Part shown: piece after piece, positions 1-13,811 of the stretch
Layout: each line of letters starts with the position of its first letter
Position numbering within the stretch: the stretch's first letter is position 1
From: Octopus sinensis
Lineage: Eukaryota
Reading direction: 5' to 3'
NCBI RefSeq assembly: GCF_006345805.1
Contig: NC_043003.1
Coordinates: forward strand, 92,194,001-92,258,000
Length of the DNA stretch: 64,000 nucleotides
Notes under the pieces: generated by a model
Seen by the model: only the letters and a program-made list of their open reading frames with translations
What the model was told of the DNA's origin: nothing
Databases searched by the model: none
Program-made: the position numbers and the translations under genes

Positions 1-589
1 CTTCCAAAACTAAGGCCCACTCACTCGCGATAAAAAAGAAAGAAAAAAGAAAACTAAAACAAATTAATGTAAAAGGAACAGTAATCCTAACAATCAACAA
101 ACGTTCATTACGTAGACTTTTATAGCTATATGACATTTTTGTTTCAAAGAGAAAGAAATGAAATGCCATGTCCACGCTGTTATAAAGGACATCGTTGACG
201 TAAGGAAAGAGAAAGCGAAGAGGAGGGTTTTAAGCAATCGTTTTACTTTTGAATGGCGACTGAAACCGACTTCGGACTTAGTTTGTCCCACATCGATGTC
301 TATCAATAGTTACAGCAATATGATTCTTTCTACTGTAGGCAGAAGGCCTGAAATTTAGGGAGAGGGGGGTAGTTAATTACTTCGATTCCAGTACTTGACT
401 GGTACTTTACTTTATCGATCACGAAATGATCTAAGGCAAAGTGGGTCTCTATAGAATTTGATCTTAGAACTTAAGGAATCGGAAGAAATGCCGTCAAAAA
501 TTTTGTCCGGGAAACTGCCTTAATAATAATAATAATAATAATAATATAATAATAATAATAATAATAATAATGATGATGATGATAATAAT

Positions 590-2690
590 ACCAGATGCAG
601 AGGAAAGCAAGGTATTCTGGAGAAGGATCTGGAACCAACCTGGAGAGCATAATGATGAAGCGGAATGGCTGCATGAGATCCAAGATAGGTTAAGAAATAC
701 AGAAGTCCATGAAAATATAAAGATAACTACAGAAATGATAGAAAAGCAGTTAAGAAAATTGTCAAATTGGAAGAGCCCAGGACTAGATGGGGTCCAAGGG
801 TATTGGCTAAAGAAGCTGAGAGGGTTCCATGAAAGGCTAGCACAACAGCTAGATGACGGCTTGTAGGATGACAAAGGGAAAGACTTTGTTATATGCCAAG
901 GATCCTGAAAAGGGAAATGCTGCATCTAACTTTCGACCAATTACATGCCTTCCGCTAATGTGGAAACTAATGTCAGGTGCTTTGGCCGGTGAACTGTACA
1001 AATACTTGGAAAAAAGTGGGCTGCTACCCATTGAATAGAAAGGATGCCGAAAAAGGACCCGGGGATCGGAGGATCAGCTCTTAATTGATAATATAATTAT
1101 CAGGAACTGCAAGAGAAAACATATAAACATGAGCATGGCATGGGTTGACTATCGAAAATCATACGATATGATACCGGACTCCTAGATAATAAGAACAATA
1201 GAAATGTATGGAGTAGCAGAAAATATGAGAAGTCGTACATGGAATAACATGAAATACTGAACGGAATTGACAGCAGGGAAGCAAGTACTAGGAGAGGTGA
1301 AATAGTACAGAAAACAAAGTTGGGTCATGATCTGGAAAGAGGTAAGGGAAAACTAAACCACCTGCTATTCAAGGACGACCTGAAGCTTATTCCCAAAAAT
1401 TGAAGCAGAACTGGATAGCCTAGTCCAGTCTGTGCGGATTTTCTCCAATTGTATCAAGATGGAGTTTGGACTCTCAAAATGTGCTGCGATCGTGATGAGA
1501 CGAAGAAAGCTTGCCAGGACAGAAGGCATATGGTTGTCAAGTGGTGAAATGATGAAGGCAATCCAACCTCAATCCAGCTATAGATATCTGGGAATACTTG
1601 AGACTGAAGGAATCAAACATCACGACATGAAGGAGAAACGACAAAAATAGAATACCTGCGGAGAGTGAGAAAAATATTGGCTTCAAAGCTGAATGTCAGA
1701 AATATAATTTCGGCAATAAACTCGCGCGCATTTGTAGTAGTTCGGTGTGGTGTTGAAATCCTGAGGTAGACGGAAAAGGAGCTAAAGGAGATGGCCAGTC
1801 AAGAAAGCTCCTAACGATGCACAGAGCCCATCATCCTGGTGCAGACACTTATCGCCTATACATGAAGAGAGCAAATGGAGGAAGGGGACTGATAAGTGTG
1901 CAAGACTAGGTGCGTATCGAACTCGAGAGCTTAATGAGATACATAGCCCAAAGTAAAGAAACCTTGCTAGTGACAATTAGGAACGAGGGAGTATTGAGAG
2001 TAGAGAAGAAAGGGAAAAAGAATGGAAGGAGTACAAAAAGGACATGAAGAAGAGCTACGTAAGAAGGGACTACATAATCAATTCTATATAATCACAACAG
2101 AAGTTGCTGGAAAAAATAGATGGGATTAGTTGATGAAAAGAACCCTAAAGAAAGAGACCGAAAGCACTATACTGGCAGCGCAGGGCCAAGCTTTGGCCTC
2201 GAACTAGAGGGTCAACCTGAGGAATGAGCAAGTGTCTCTGCTGTGCTGCATCTGTAACAGGGTGGATGAAACCCTTGCCCATATCACGAACGAATGCCCT
2301 AGACTTGCCCAAAACTACTCCATATTGTGGCGACACGACCACGAAGCGAAAGTGCTACAGTGGAAACTGTGCAAAAAGTGAGGGCTAGAGAGAGGCAAGA
2401 CGTTATATGAGCACAAACTACAGAGAGTGGAGTCGGAGACTAGCAAAATTCTCTGGGATTTCCCAATCCAAACAGATCAGGTGCTAGAGCATAACAGACT
2501 GGACGTAGTGGTGGTGGACAAAGTGCACCATATATGCTATATAGTTGACGTTGCATGCCCCCTTGATCCATGAATAGTCAAGAAGGAAGGCAAAAAGATA
2601 GATAGATACAACTCTCTTAAGTACGAAATAGCCCGGTTATGGAAAATAAAGAAAGTGAAGACAGTGCCAACTATTATTGGGTCATTGGGA
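590..2690 (+). mobile_element. Decayed Dong/R4-clade non-LTR retrotransposon (RT + CCHC + RLE)
   Basis: Frameshifted motifs [48 protein letters not shown], a CCHC knuckle and an RLE-type DVACPLD. Starts in a (TAA)n tract. Confidence 0.9.
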
Positions 2691-2699
2691 CCAGTAAAT

Positions 2700-3937
2700 C
2701 AGAAGGCATCAAGAGGAGACTGATCCTTAAGTCGAAATTAAACGGACGGAATACGATTGAAGCTACCAACACCTGGGCGATTTCACTCCTTAGATATTGG
2801 GTAGGGATAATCGCATAGACAGTAGACGAACTAAACAGCTTAGACAGAAAGATAAGGAAGTTGCTAACTAGATGTGGGACACTCCACCCGAAAAGTGACA
2901 CAGACAGGATAGATGTACCATGAAAAAGAGGGGGAAGAGGACTTATTGGATGCGAGCAGAAGAAAACAACATAGCATGTTATGTAAAATAAATGTCACAG
3001 AACTGCTATTAGTAGAAGTAAGAAGGTCAGGCTTGTTTTGGATGAAAGATTGCAAAGATAAAGCACTGTGCAAACAAGTGAAAACGAATGAAACTGAAAA
3101 TAGGTGGTTAAAGAAAAGAATGCATGGATAATTTCATAGGGATGCTGAAGATAAGACAGACAGAGAAAAAAGATGACTGTGGATGACTAAAAGTGATTTA
3201 AAACCGGAAACGGAGGCTCTAATCTGTGCTGCTCATGAGCAAGCACTAAGAACAAACTACATAAAATACAGAGTAGACAAAACTTCAGAAAGTGATAAGT
3301 GCAGAACCTGTGGACAAAATGGTGAAACCATATGACATATTACCAGTCAATGCACGTCACTAGCCCAGAAGTATATAAGAGACGCCACGACAATATAGCA
3401 AGGCTTGTCCATTGGACGCTTTACAACAAGTATGGTCTTGATAGAGAAAAAAATTGGTACGACCACAAACCCGAAGGCACCATCGAAAATGATAATGCAA
3501 AGATCCTGTGGGATTTTATGATTCAGTGCGACCATGAGATAGAATATAGGAAGCCAGACATAGTCTTAATTGAGAAAGAAAGTAAACTATGGTGGATCAT
3601 AGATATAGCATGCCCAGCTGACTACAAGGTATGCGATAAGGAAGAAAGAAAAGTCGAGAGATATGACAGGTTAGCTTGGGAGGTTAAGCAGTTGTGTTCG
3701 ATGAAAAAGGTGGTAGTGGTACCAATAATTATCGGAGTCCTGGGAACAGTGAGTAAAAATCTCGAGTAGTACATGGAACAAATAGGGGCTGCAATAAGGG
3801 TGGAGCACTTGCAGAAAACAGCACTGCTTGGAACCGCTCGAATACTCCGGAAGGTGCTCAAAAAATTAGAGGTGTTACCTTAGTTCACTGGTAGTGAACA
3901 GCTGACACTGTAGCGTTAGAAACTGTGCAAAGGCAAA
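2700..3937 (+). mobile_element. Second Dong/R4 LINE 3' portion
   Basis: CRTCGQNGETI..HITSQC, RRHD, KPDIVLI..IIDIACP, VVPIIIGVLG; ends in (TAA)n. Confidence 0.9.
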
Positions 3938-3960
3938 AATAATAATAATAATAATAATAA

Positions 3961-4230
3961 TTTTTCAAGGTACGTTGGCCTACTCCGCGACTTCTTACCA
4001 GCCTTGCTCTTTCAGGACATTCAATAAGTGTATCGTACTCTTCTTTCGTCCATTTATGTCTGTTTTTGCGCACACCGTGTATGTGATCTGTTGTGACATA
4101 ACGACCGTCCGAAGCCAGATCGCTGCCCCTGATGCGGGCAGTTTCGGAGGTGCCGGGCGGGAAACCTTCACCATGATCGGCTCTTGCTTCATTCTCGCCG
4201 CTAATTCTTTCATCAGTCGTTATTATTGAG
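3961..4230 (-). mobile_element. Probable 5'/N-terminal fragment of a Dong-like LINE (also at 5623-5891)
   Basis: MRKNRHKWTKEEY..LIEC resembles the N-terminal WT..E motif of R4/Dong ORFs; abuts (TAA)n. Confidence 0.5.
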
Positions 4231-4575
4231 ATCCCATATCCCTCTTCCTCTCTTAATTTCTATATACACGTGCACATGTATGTACATACACATATACATA
4301 AATAACGTACTTGCATTGTGTCGCCCCCATAATCACAGTGATTATCATTACCATCATCGTTCTACCTATAGCATTTAAAATCATTAATGATAATATGAGG
4401 CCTGGTATATTGCGGCAGATCTTCGTCACAATTTATCAAATACTCGGCAAGCGTTCTCCTTTCACTCCTTATACAATGGTCTCAGTACTCTGCCACCATT
4501 CTTTCTTTTCATATACAGTCTGTTTAGGTTTGGAGTTAACACTTATTATTATTATTATTGTTATTATTATTACTA

Positions 4576-4632
<57 letters not shown>

Positions 4633-4973
4633 TATTATTATTATTATTATTATTATTAGTATTTCTATTTATTATTAAAAGGTATTATTTAATGTTTAGT
4701 TTCAACTTTTGTCTTGTACTTGAGATAATCATAAATATGTGTGTTGAAGGTAATAGAAGGAGGAAGAGTAGAAGCTTGGTGAATAGACCAAATTCTACAG
4801 GTCTGTAAATAGATTCGGCAGATGGTGATGAGATCAGCAATGGACATTCCTGTGCGATAAGGATACAAAATGGGCCTGACACCCTTTGGGCCAGTAGAGG
4901 TCAAATGTGTTTACTACTACTAGTGATCAGTTAGAACATTGACCTTGGCCTTGAAAAGAAGCAATTCACCTTG

Positions 4974-5037
<64 letters not shown>

Positions 5038-5570
5038 TACTCTGATGTTCACATCGTTGAAGTTTTGAATTTCTGAATTTTTCCTTCCTTTTCTTTTTAT
5101 AAGTTTTGCTGCGGTTTACAGTTTTTGTAATTGTGCAGTTTGTATATATTGGCCAGTGCTCACCTCCTTAATTTTTTGCTATCGTGCATTTAATTAAAGC
5201 TGATCGTTTGTGTGTGCGAAAACTGTAGATATGTAAGTTTCTTAACTTATTTTGAGGGAAATTTAAAATACTCACGGAAAATTCTAGATATTCCAGTCTT
5301 TGAGAGTTATTTTTTCCCTTTTGAGAGTGGTGATCGGAGCGCTGGGCTCAATCCCTTCGAAGCTTCAAAACTTCTTAAGGCAACTGGAAATCCCATGCAA
5401 GATTGATGTCTTGCGAAAAGCAGCCAATTGGGCACAGCGCACGTCTTAAGGAAAGTATTATCTCTCTGAGGTCCTTGTTGTGACTTGACAGATGACTAAA
5501 GACCTTTTTACCTACACTGCGTAACGAAGGAATAATAACGAGGATGATGATGATGATGATGATAATGATG

Positions 5571-5623
<53 letters not shown>

Positions 5624-6236
5624 TTTTCAAGGTACGTTGGCCTACTCCGCGACTTCTTACCAGCCTTGCTCTTTCAGGACATTCAATAAGTGTATCGTAC
5701 TCTTCTTTCGTCCATTTATGTCTGTTTTTGCGCACACCGTGTATGTGATCTGTTGTGACATAACGACCGTCCGAAGCCAGATCGCTGCCCCTGATGCGGG
5801 CAGTTTCGGAGGTGCCGGGCGGGAAACCTTCACCATGATCGGCTCTTGCTTCATTCTCGCCGCTAATTCTTTCATCAGTCGTTATTATTGAGATCCCATA
5901 TCCCTCTTCCTCTCTTAATTTCTATATACACGTGCACATGTATGTACATACACATATACATAAATAACGTACTTGCATTGTGTCGCCCCCATAATCACAG
6001 TGATTATCATTACCATCATCGTTCTACCTATAGCATTTAAAATCATTAATGATAATATGAGGCCTGGTATATTGCGGCAGATCTTCGTCACAATTTATCA
6101 AATACTCGGCAAGCGTTCTCCTTTCACTCCTTATACAATGGTCTCAGTACTCTGCCACCATTCTTTCTTTTCATATACAGTCTGTTTAGGTTGGAGTTAA
6201 CACTTATTATTATTATTATTGTTATTATTATTACTA

Positions 6237-6290
<54 letters not shown>

Positions 6291-6643
6291 TATTATTATA
6301 TTATTATTATTATTATAGTATTTCTATTTATTATTAAAAGGTATTATTTAATGTTTAGTTTCAACTTTTGTCTTGTACTTGAGATAATCATAAATATGTG
6401 TGTTGAAGGTAATAGAAGGAGGAAGAGTAGAAGCTTGGTGAATAGACCAAATTCTACAGGTCTGTAAATAGATTCGGCAGATGGTGATGAGATCAGCAAT
6501 GGACATTCCTGTGCGATAAGGATACAAAATGGGCCTGACACCCTTTGGGCCAGTAGAGGTCAAATGTGTTTACTACTACTAGTGATCAGTTAGAACATTG
6601 ACCTTGGCCTTGAAAAGAAGCAATTCACCTTGTTCTATATATA

Positions 6644-6715
<72 letters not shown>

Positions 6716-7244
6716 TCTGATGTTCACATCGTTGAAGTTTTGAATTTCTGAATTTTTCCTTCCTTTTCTTTTTATAAGTTTTGCTGCGGTTTACAGTTTT
6801 TGTAATTGTGCAGTTTGTATATATTGGCCAGTGCTCACCTCCTTAATTTTTTGCTATCGTGCATTAATTAAAGCTGATCGTTTGTGTGTGCGAAAACTGT
6901 AGATATGTAAGTTTCTTAACTTATTTTGAGGGAAATTTAAAATACTCACGGAAAATTCTAGATATTCCAGTCTTTGAGAGTTATTTTTTCCCTTTTGAGA
7001 GTGGTGATCGGAGCGCTGGGCTCAATCCCTTCGAAGTTTCAAAACTTCTTAAGGCAACTGGAAATCCCATGCAAGATTGATGTCTTGCGAAAAGCAGCCA
7101 ATTGGGCACAGCGCACGTCTTAAGGAAAGTATTATCTCTCTGAGGTCCTTGTTGTGACTTGACAGATGACTAAAGACCTTTTTACCTACACTGCGTAACG
7201 AAGGAATAATAACGAGGATGATGATGATGATGATGATAATGATG

Positions 7245-7270
<26 letters not shown>
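3961..7270. repeat. Near-identical tandem duplication, approx. 1.66-kb unit
   Basis: 3961-5622 is repeated at 5623-approx. 7270. The ORF track shows identical ORFs at offsets of about 1660-1674. Differences are mostly microsatellite length. Confidence 0.95.
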
Positions 7271-7277
<7 letters not shown>

Positions 7278-7325
7278 TAATAATAATAATTAATAATAAT
7301 AATTATTATTATTATTATAATGATC

Positions 7326-7379
<54 letters not shown>

Positions 7380-9303
7380 TATGGAATTGTATAAAATAGC
7401 ATCTACTTTGCGAAACTTCTTATCTGTAAGTATGAGATCAGGAGAACCACACCGACTTTGAAGAGGGACAATGAATCTATCAATGCTGGAGATGTAAGAA
7501 TTTCATGTGGTATTTTCCAGGGTGACTCTCTATCAACACTCCCCTTTTGTCTAGTCTTAATACCTCTCTCGAAATTGCTCAATGATGTACAATGTGGCTA
7601 TAAAATGTTTGACAAAAATATAAATAATCTCTTTTACATGGATGATTTAAAGCTCTTTGCAAAAAATTACCAACAACTACAGGGCTTACTAACAAATTGT
7701 TAAACAATTCAGTGATGACATCAGGATGCAATTTGGCCACGATAAATGTACAAAAGCTACCTTTACCAAAGAAAAAATGACAGAAACATCCAACGTTAAT
7801 CTTGACCAGCAGAATGTCATAAAGAAGTTAGATCCAGCGGAGAGCTACAAACACCTAAGCGTATTTGAAGGTGATGGAATCAAACATTCAATGATGAAGG
7901 AAATGATCATATCAGAAGAGAATGTTATTGCAGGATAAGAGCAATGGTCAGGACAGAGCTGAAGGCAAGAAACAGGATCGAAGCGGGCAATAATTTAGCC
8001 ATACTGGTCGTGACTTACAGTTTCAATATCATTAACAGGTCAATTACTGAAATATATAATCTTGACAGAAAAATACGAAAGTTGTTGACAATGCATAGAA
8101 TGCACCACCCTAAGGCAGATATAGAACGACTTTACCTGCTAAGAAAAGAGGAACTAACAATGAAGATTGCCACAATTGGCCTCAACATCTACCTGAAAAA
8201 CTCTGATAATTAGATGTTAAAACTTGTCTTAAAGCATGAAAACAAGATAGCATCGTGCTCAGTAACAAAACAGGCAAAGGAATTATTTAAGTGAATTCCA
8301 AAAACAACAAATCCCAGAATTAGACATACTGGAAACAAGCACAGAAAAAGATAAGCGTATGAAAATCCTTGCTAAAACTGCTGTATTAAATATTCTTACT
8401 GATAAATGACAAGAAAAACCTCTCAATGGCAAATACCCCAAAAAAGCTAATATGTCGATATTGACAAAGCCCTTACCCATCAATGGTTAGTGTCTTCTGG
8501 ATGAAAATCAGAAAGAGAAAGGTTTATTACAGCAGCCCAAGATCAATGCCTACCTACAAGGAATTACAAGGCGAACATATTAATGAACGGTAGTAGCCCA
8601 ACATGCCGTGTATGTCAACAACAAAATGAAACCATTGATCATGTTGTTTCCATATGGAGTTCTTCTTGCGCCAACAGATTATCTCAACAGGCATGATAGA
8701 GCAGTACAGTATATGCAAAAACCTAGATAAAACTGGTGGGGACACAAACCACCTCCAGTGCTTGAGAATGATTACATCTCACTCCTCTGGAACTTCACCG
8801 TTCAAATTGACAGAAAGATAGATGCAAATAGACCAGACATTATATTGAAAGACTTCAGACAAAAATCATGCCCCCTCAGTGATATGACTGTCCCAGTCGA
8901 CATAAATGTATCTGTCAAGACCTACCAAAAACTAAGCAAGTATAAGATCTTGAAATAGAAAATGGAACCTGAAGACTAAAACATTACCTGTTGTCATATG
9001 TGCCCTAGAAATGATAGCAAAAGGGGCTGATTGCTACCTAGCTCAGATACCGGGAAACCCCAAAATGGCAGAAATTCAAAACTGCCCATATCTTACGTAA
9101 AATACTGTCTATGTAATCCCAAATTTTAAAACAAACTTATAATTTTCTGATGTTTTCTTAAACTAGAACAATACTATGTGCAAAACAAAATATATGACAC
9201 CCTAGGAATAATGCTAACTTGAACTTCTAATTTATTGTCTCTTGAGGTCTCTGGATGCGACTTGGAGTCAACTTGTACAAGTACAAAGCAAAAGTCAAAC
9301 ATA
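7380..9303 (+). mobile_element. Decayed Dong/R4 LINE, 5'-truncated
   Basis: GIFQGDSLS, NNLFYMDDLKLFA, MHHPKADIERLY, CRVC..ETIDH, NRPDIIL; flanked by (TAA)n and (CAA)n. Confidence 0.92.
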
Positions 9304-9319
9304 TAACAACAACAACAAC

Positions 9320-9364
<45 letters not shown>

Positions 9365-9372
9365 GCAGCAGC

Positions 9373-9408
<36 letters not shown>

Positions 9409-11663
9409 AATAATCGTTTCAGAGCCCTTTCGTAGTTGCTCAACTTGCTAAAAATAGTAACCAAATACTACTCAAATAAATGCTTAATCATCTTGAAAGA
9501 ATTTTATGAATATTACCTAATGATGTCATAAAAGATAATTTAAAAAAGAGGACACGTTGGTCCAGACTAGAATGCGTTTTATCATCCATAGATCTGCTTA
9601 ACAGGTCGATTTGTGATTAAATAACAACAAAAACACGACGAATAAAAAATAAATGCACAATTAGATTTGCGTCAAAATTACTGACTGCTAATTACATATT
9701 AATGAAAATCGCCAATTACTTGGCTAAATTCCATGTTTTGGGTCAGAGAGAAAAAATAGCAATTGTATTTTAATTGGTAACATTTTATGGCCCATTAACT
9801 TTGTGCGTCAATACCACCTTCCCAAGATATTCCCCCAACGACCCTTCAGGATGAAATGGGCGAAGAAGATATAAACTTTTTAGGAATGTTATGAATTCAT
9901 GTAAATGTTAATGTGAAATAGTAGAATCTGAGGAAACTAGCGATGTTTTGCAGTGGTAATAACTATCACAAATTGTCTAAACACTGGAAACAAGTTTATG
10001 TCAAAGAAGAAAATTAACATTTTGGACAGAAATCCCTTTTCAGACTGTAAAGAAATTTCAACTGATGTTGAAAGATATAATCAAATCAGATATTAATCTT
10101 AATAATTAAATTTAGATATTAGACCACAGTAATATATGTTTCTGTATCTCATATATCGTTGTTGTTTAATCGCGGTACAATCTTGATCAAGCAGCTACAT
10201 GATCAAAACCATTCCAGCCGTAACAATAACGTCTTTTCTTTTTTTCTCTTAGACATTGTACGTCTAGGACTAAAATATCTAATGTTCCTTTCTTTTTGTT
10301 GTTGTTTAACGCCACATCGTCACTGATCGAGTAGACCTATGAACAAAGTATTCGAACCATGATTATCTTTTTTGTCAAAAATACAGTACCTCGGATCACA
10401 TTTTTCAATGTGTCAACTTAAACAATAGACTGTAGTCAGAGGTAGAATTGGCTGCTTTTTCTGCAGGCCGAGGTGTCCATTTTTATGTCACATTTAGTAT
10501 TCTGTTCTGGTTCATTCTGTGTTCGTGGTCTACCCATTTGTGCCGTCAGTGTTTTATTTCTGTGGATCACACTATCACAGCGAGTTTTGTGGCACCTCTC
10601 TTCGTTTGACATCTTGTTAGGTCAAAAGATACTATTGCTCTTATTCAGGTCTCCTCTATCATTTGTTATCATTCTGAACCATACACAAAACAAATTTGAC
10701 ATTGTTGTTAGGGAATCTAGTCTTAATCATAAAACTGTTTTACCTGATCTTTCAGATCAACGGAAGCCTTGCTACTGCTCTGAAAGTTTTTAAAGTATTT
10801 CTTAGATGCCATGTTTTGCCCTATGGACGTCTCTTTAAGGCATTCTAGACATGTAATGCATAAGATGTCGTCTGCCAGTTCACTGTTATTATAATAACAG
10901 ACAGTCATTGTTCTTTAAATGCTTTAAAGTATTTTAAGAAGGCAACAAAGATAACAAGAGCCTATTCGTATCTTATCCATAATACTGTCTTGCATCTACT
11001 TTACGCTCAACAGTAGAGTTCCGCTAGATGTAAGTAGGTACTGTAGAGTCGTATAGTTCAACCCTGTATATAGCAGCGACGTCGTAAACATCAAGTGATT
11101 CGCTAGCCTATACAATTATGTTCAGTTATTTCCGTAGGAGGTAAAGATTTATTTGTTATAGATTGACATCTCATCCAGAATAACATTAATCTTTCATATT
11201 CATAAGGCAATGAAATGTTTTTCTCTATTTCGCAAAGGCATTAGCGGCATTGAAAAGTAAAGTAGTTTCATCCGAAAATCAAATTGGAACACTTGCTTTG
11301 CACCGTTTATGAATTGTCGTAAAGAAGACAAAGAAACAGTAACAGCAGTAGTAACTTTATTGCAGTGATAAGGGTAAAATGAATGAATTAGTTGTGAGAG
11401 GTATATATGTGTATAGTCATACACACACACTCACACATACACAAACACACACACCACACTCACATAGACACTCATACAAACACACACAGAGTCACAATTA
11501 TATTATACAATATGGGCATATATATATGAGATATCTAACAAGTATAAGTATGTATATATATATATACATATTTAGGGAAACATGTGTATATATACACACA
11601 TATATGTATATGTAAGTATGTATCTCTCTCTGTCTTTCTGTCTGTCTGTCTCTCTATATATTA

Positions 11664-12035
11664 CGGCATTCCTTCGGTTACGACGATAAGGGTTCCGGTT
11701 GATCCAATCAACGGAACAGCCTGCTCGTGAAATTAATGTGCAAGTGGCTGAGCACTCCACAGACGCCTGTACCTTTAACGTAGTTCTCAGGAAGATCTAG
11801 CGTGACACAGTGTGACAAGGCTGGCTCTTGAAATACAGGTACAACAGAAACAGGAAGAAAGAGTGAGAAAAAATTATGGTGAAAGAGTACAGCAGGGTCC
11901 GCACCCACCTGCCAGAACCTCGTGCAGCATTAAGTGTTTTCGCTCAATAAACACCCACAATGCTCGGATTTGGAATTGAAACCACGATCCTATGACCGCG
12001 AGTCTGCTGCCCTAACTACTGGGCCATTGCGCCTC
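11664..12035 (-). mobile_element. SINE family C
   Basis: GGCGCAATGGCCCAGTAGTTAGG head on the minus strand; matches 63596-63956. Confidence 0.88.
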
Positions 12036-12124
12036 TCTGTGTCTTTCTCTCTCTCTATCTCTCTTTTTCTCTCTTTCTTTCTCTCTCTCTCTCTCTCACT
12101 CTCTCTTTTTCTCGCTTTCTTTCT

Positions 12125-12203
<79 letters not shown>

Positions 12204-12280
12204 AAGAATGAATGAGACCTCGATATGTAAATAGAAGAATTCATCTATAAATATAATATGTGACAATTAGTTGGTTGTCA

Positions 12281-12343
12281 TAATAAAACTCAAAGTTTCG
12301 GATGCCGGGGCTGAAGTTTGCTCTGGCATCTCATCTATTATTA
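12281..12343 (-). ncRNA. Degenerate hammerhead copy (left arm of palindrome)
   Basis: TAATAA-TAGATGA-GATGCC...GGCATC-C-GAAA-CT(TTG)AG-TT-TTATTA. Stems kept, core mutated. Confidence 0.55.
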
Positions 12344-12372
12344 AGAGAAACAAAAACGCTTTTTGTTTGTCT

Positions 12373-12433
12373 TAATAACTGATGAGATGCCGGAGGAGAC
12401 TTCAGCCCCAGTCCGAAACTGTGAGTTTTATTA
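12373..12433 (+). ncRNA. Type I hammerhead ribozyme (right arm of palindrome)
   Basis: TAATAA-CTGATGA-[GATGCCGG...CCAGTCC]-GAAA-CT(GTG)AG-TT-TTATTA. Intact core, 6-bp stem I, partly decayed stem II, GUU triplet. Confidence 0.7.
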
Positions 12434-12450
12434 TGACAACGAACTAATTG

Positions 12451-12492
<42 letters not shown>

Positions 12493-12586
12493 TCGGGGGG
12501 GGGGATTCATACACAAAAAGAGACGAAGACAGGTGGTGTAGACAACAAACAGTTGTATTAGTATAACGCTTGGGAAGTGAAAAAGT

Positions 12587-12622
12587 CTTTAACGTTTCGA
12601 GCCTACGCTCTTCCACAGAAAG
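12587..12622 (-). ncRNA. Non-canonical hammerhead-like motif, family copy 1
   Basis: CTTT-CTGTGGA-A-GAGC(GTAG)GCTC-GAAA-CG-TT-AAAG inside an approx. 170-bp dispersed repeat (about 12500-12670). Confidence 0.5.
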
Positions 12623-12682
12623 GAACACAGAAAGAAACAAGGAGAGAAAATAAAGAATGTGTAGTAGCTAAAGTACAAAAAA

Positions 12683-12725
<43 letters not shown>

Positions 12726-12830
12726 GAAATGAGGTAATCAGAAGATCGGATGGTTCATATTTATAGATACTTATTTATATATTACATTTTTTACATATAT
12801 ATATCATATCATTCAGATCATATCATTCAG

Positions 12831-12875
12831 ATTATTAGCGCTTTCTCCCATTCCAGTGGGGTTTTCAAATCAAAT
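12831..12875 (-). ncRNA. Degenerate hammerhead, U3-A8 variant
   Basis: TTGAAAA-CCCCA(CTGGAA)TGGGA-GAAA-GCGC-TA. Palindromic AGCGCT stem III; stem I and the stem II closing pair have decayed. Confidence 0.5.
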
Positions 12876-13751
12876 TAATTCCTTTGTGGGGAATTTGATC
12901 ATTTTATAGAGTTTCGTAGTAGTGGGGAGGAACAAGACAGTATAAGAGGGTGAGGTGGATGAGGAGGAAGTGAGAGAGAGAACATGTGTGTATGTGTATG
13001 TGTGTGTGTGTGTGTATGTATGTGTGTGTGTGTGTGTGCGTTTGTATCTGAGGCTAAAGAGAAAAAGGGGAAGGGAGAGGGAAGAAGAAGAAGAAGAAGA
13101 AGAAGAAGAAGAAGAAGAAGAAGAAGGATTTCCTTTGGCCTGCTGGACCCTCTAGGGTTTTCTAAGAATTTTAGCTCTCTGTCCATTCTGGTGTCACTGA
13201 GTGTGTGTTGGTGGGTAGGCTGGCCAGAAATTACACCTTTTATGATTTTGAGGATGGACAAATGTCATTTGGGGTCATACTTTGTATGATCGTTTTGTGG
13301 AGGTGTGTGTGTGTGTGTGTGTCTCTGTGTGTCCATGTGTGTTTTTTTGTGTGCGTGTGTGTGTGTGTGTCTCTGTGTGTTTGGAGAAGGGGAGAGAGAC
13401 AAAAAGAGAAAAGGGAAAATAAAAAAAAAAAAATAATAAAAAAAAAAAAAATAAATAAAAATAAGGGAGGAAATGGAGAAGAAAAAAATATTTTTGTGTG
13501 TTGATATTTATACCACTACATATATATACACACAGACTTATACATAAAATATTTGAAAAAACCTTTCATCGGTTCAAAATGAACAACCAAATTACACCAT
13601 CTTGAAAATTGTATATCATAGGAAAGTTAAAATTAAAGTGACATTAAAAAGTAAAGATGGAAGTAAATTATAGAGATAATAATATAATGTATATAACAGG
13701 CATATACATAATGCATACACAGATATATATATATTATATATATATATATAG

Positions 13752-13802
<51 letters not shown>

Positions 13803-13811
13803 TTATATATA

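Noticed and set aside
10473-10908. Short ORFs on both strands, one with CxxCxxC
   Set aside because: No signal peptide, splice context or recognisable family; possibly an old TE remnant.
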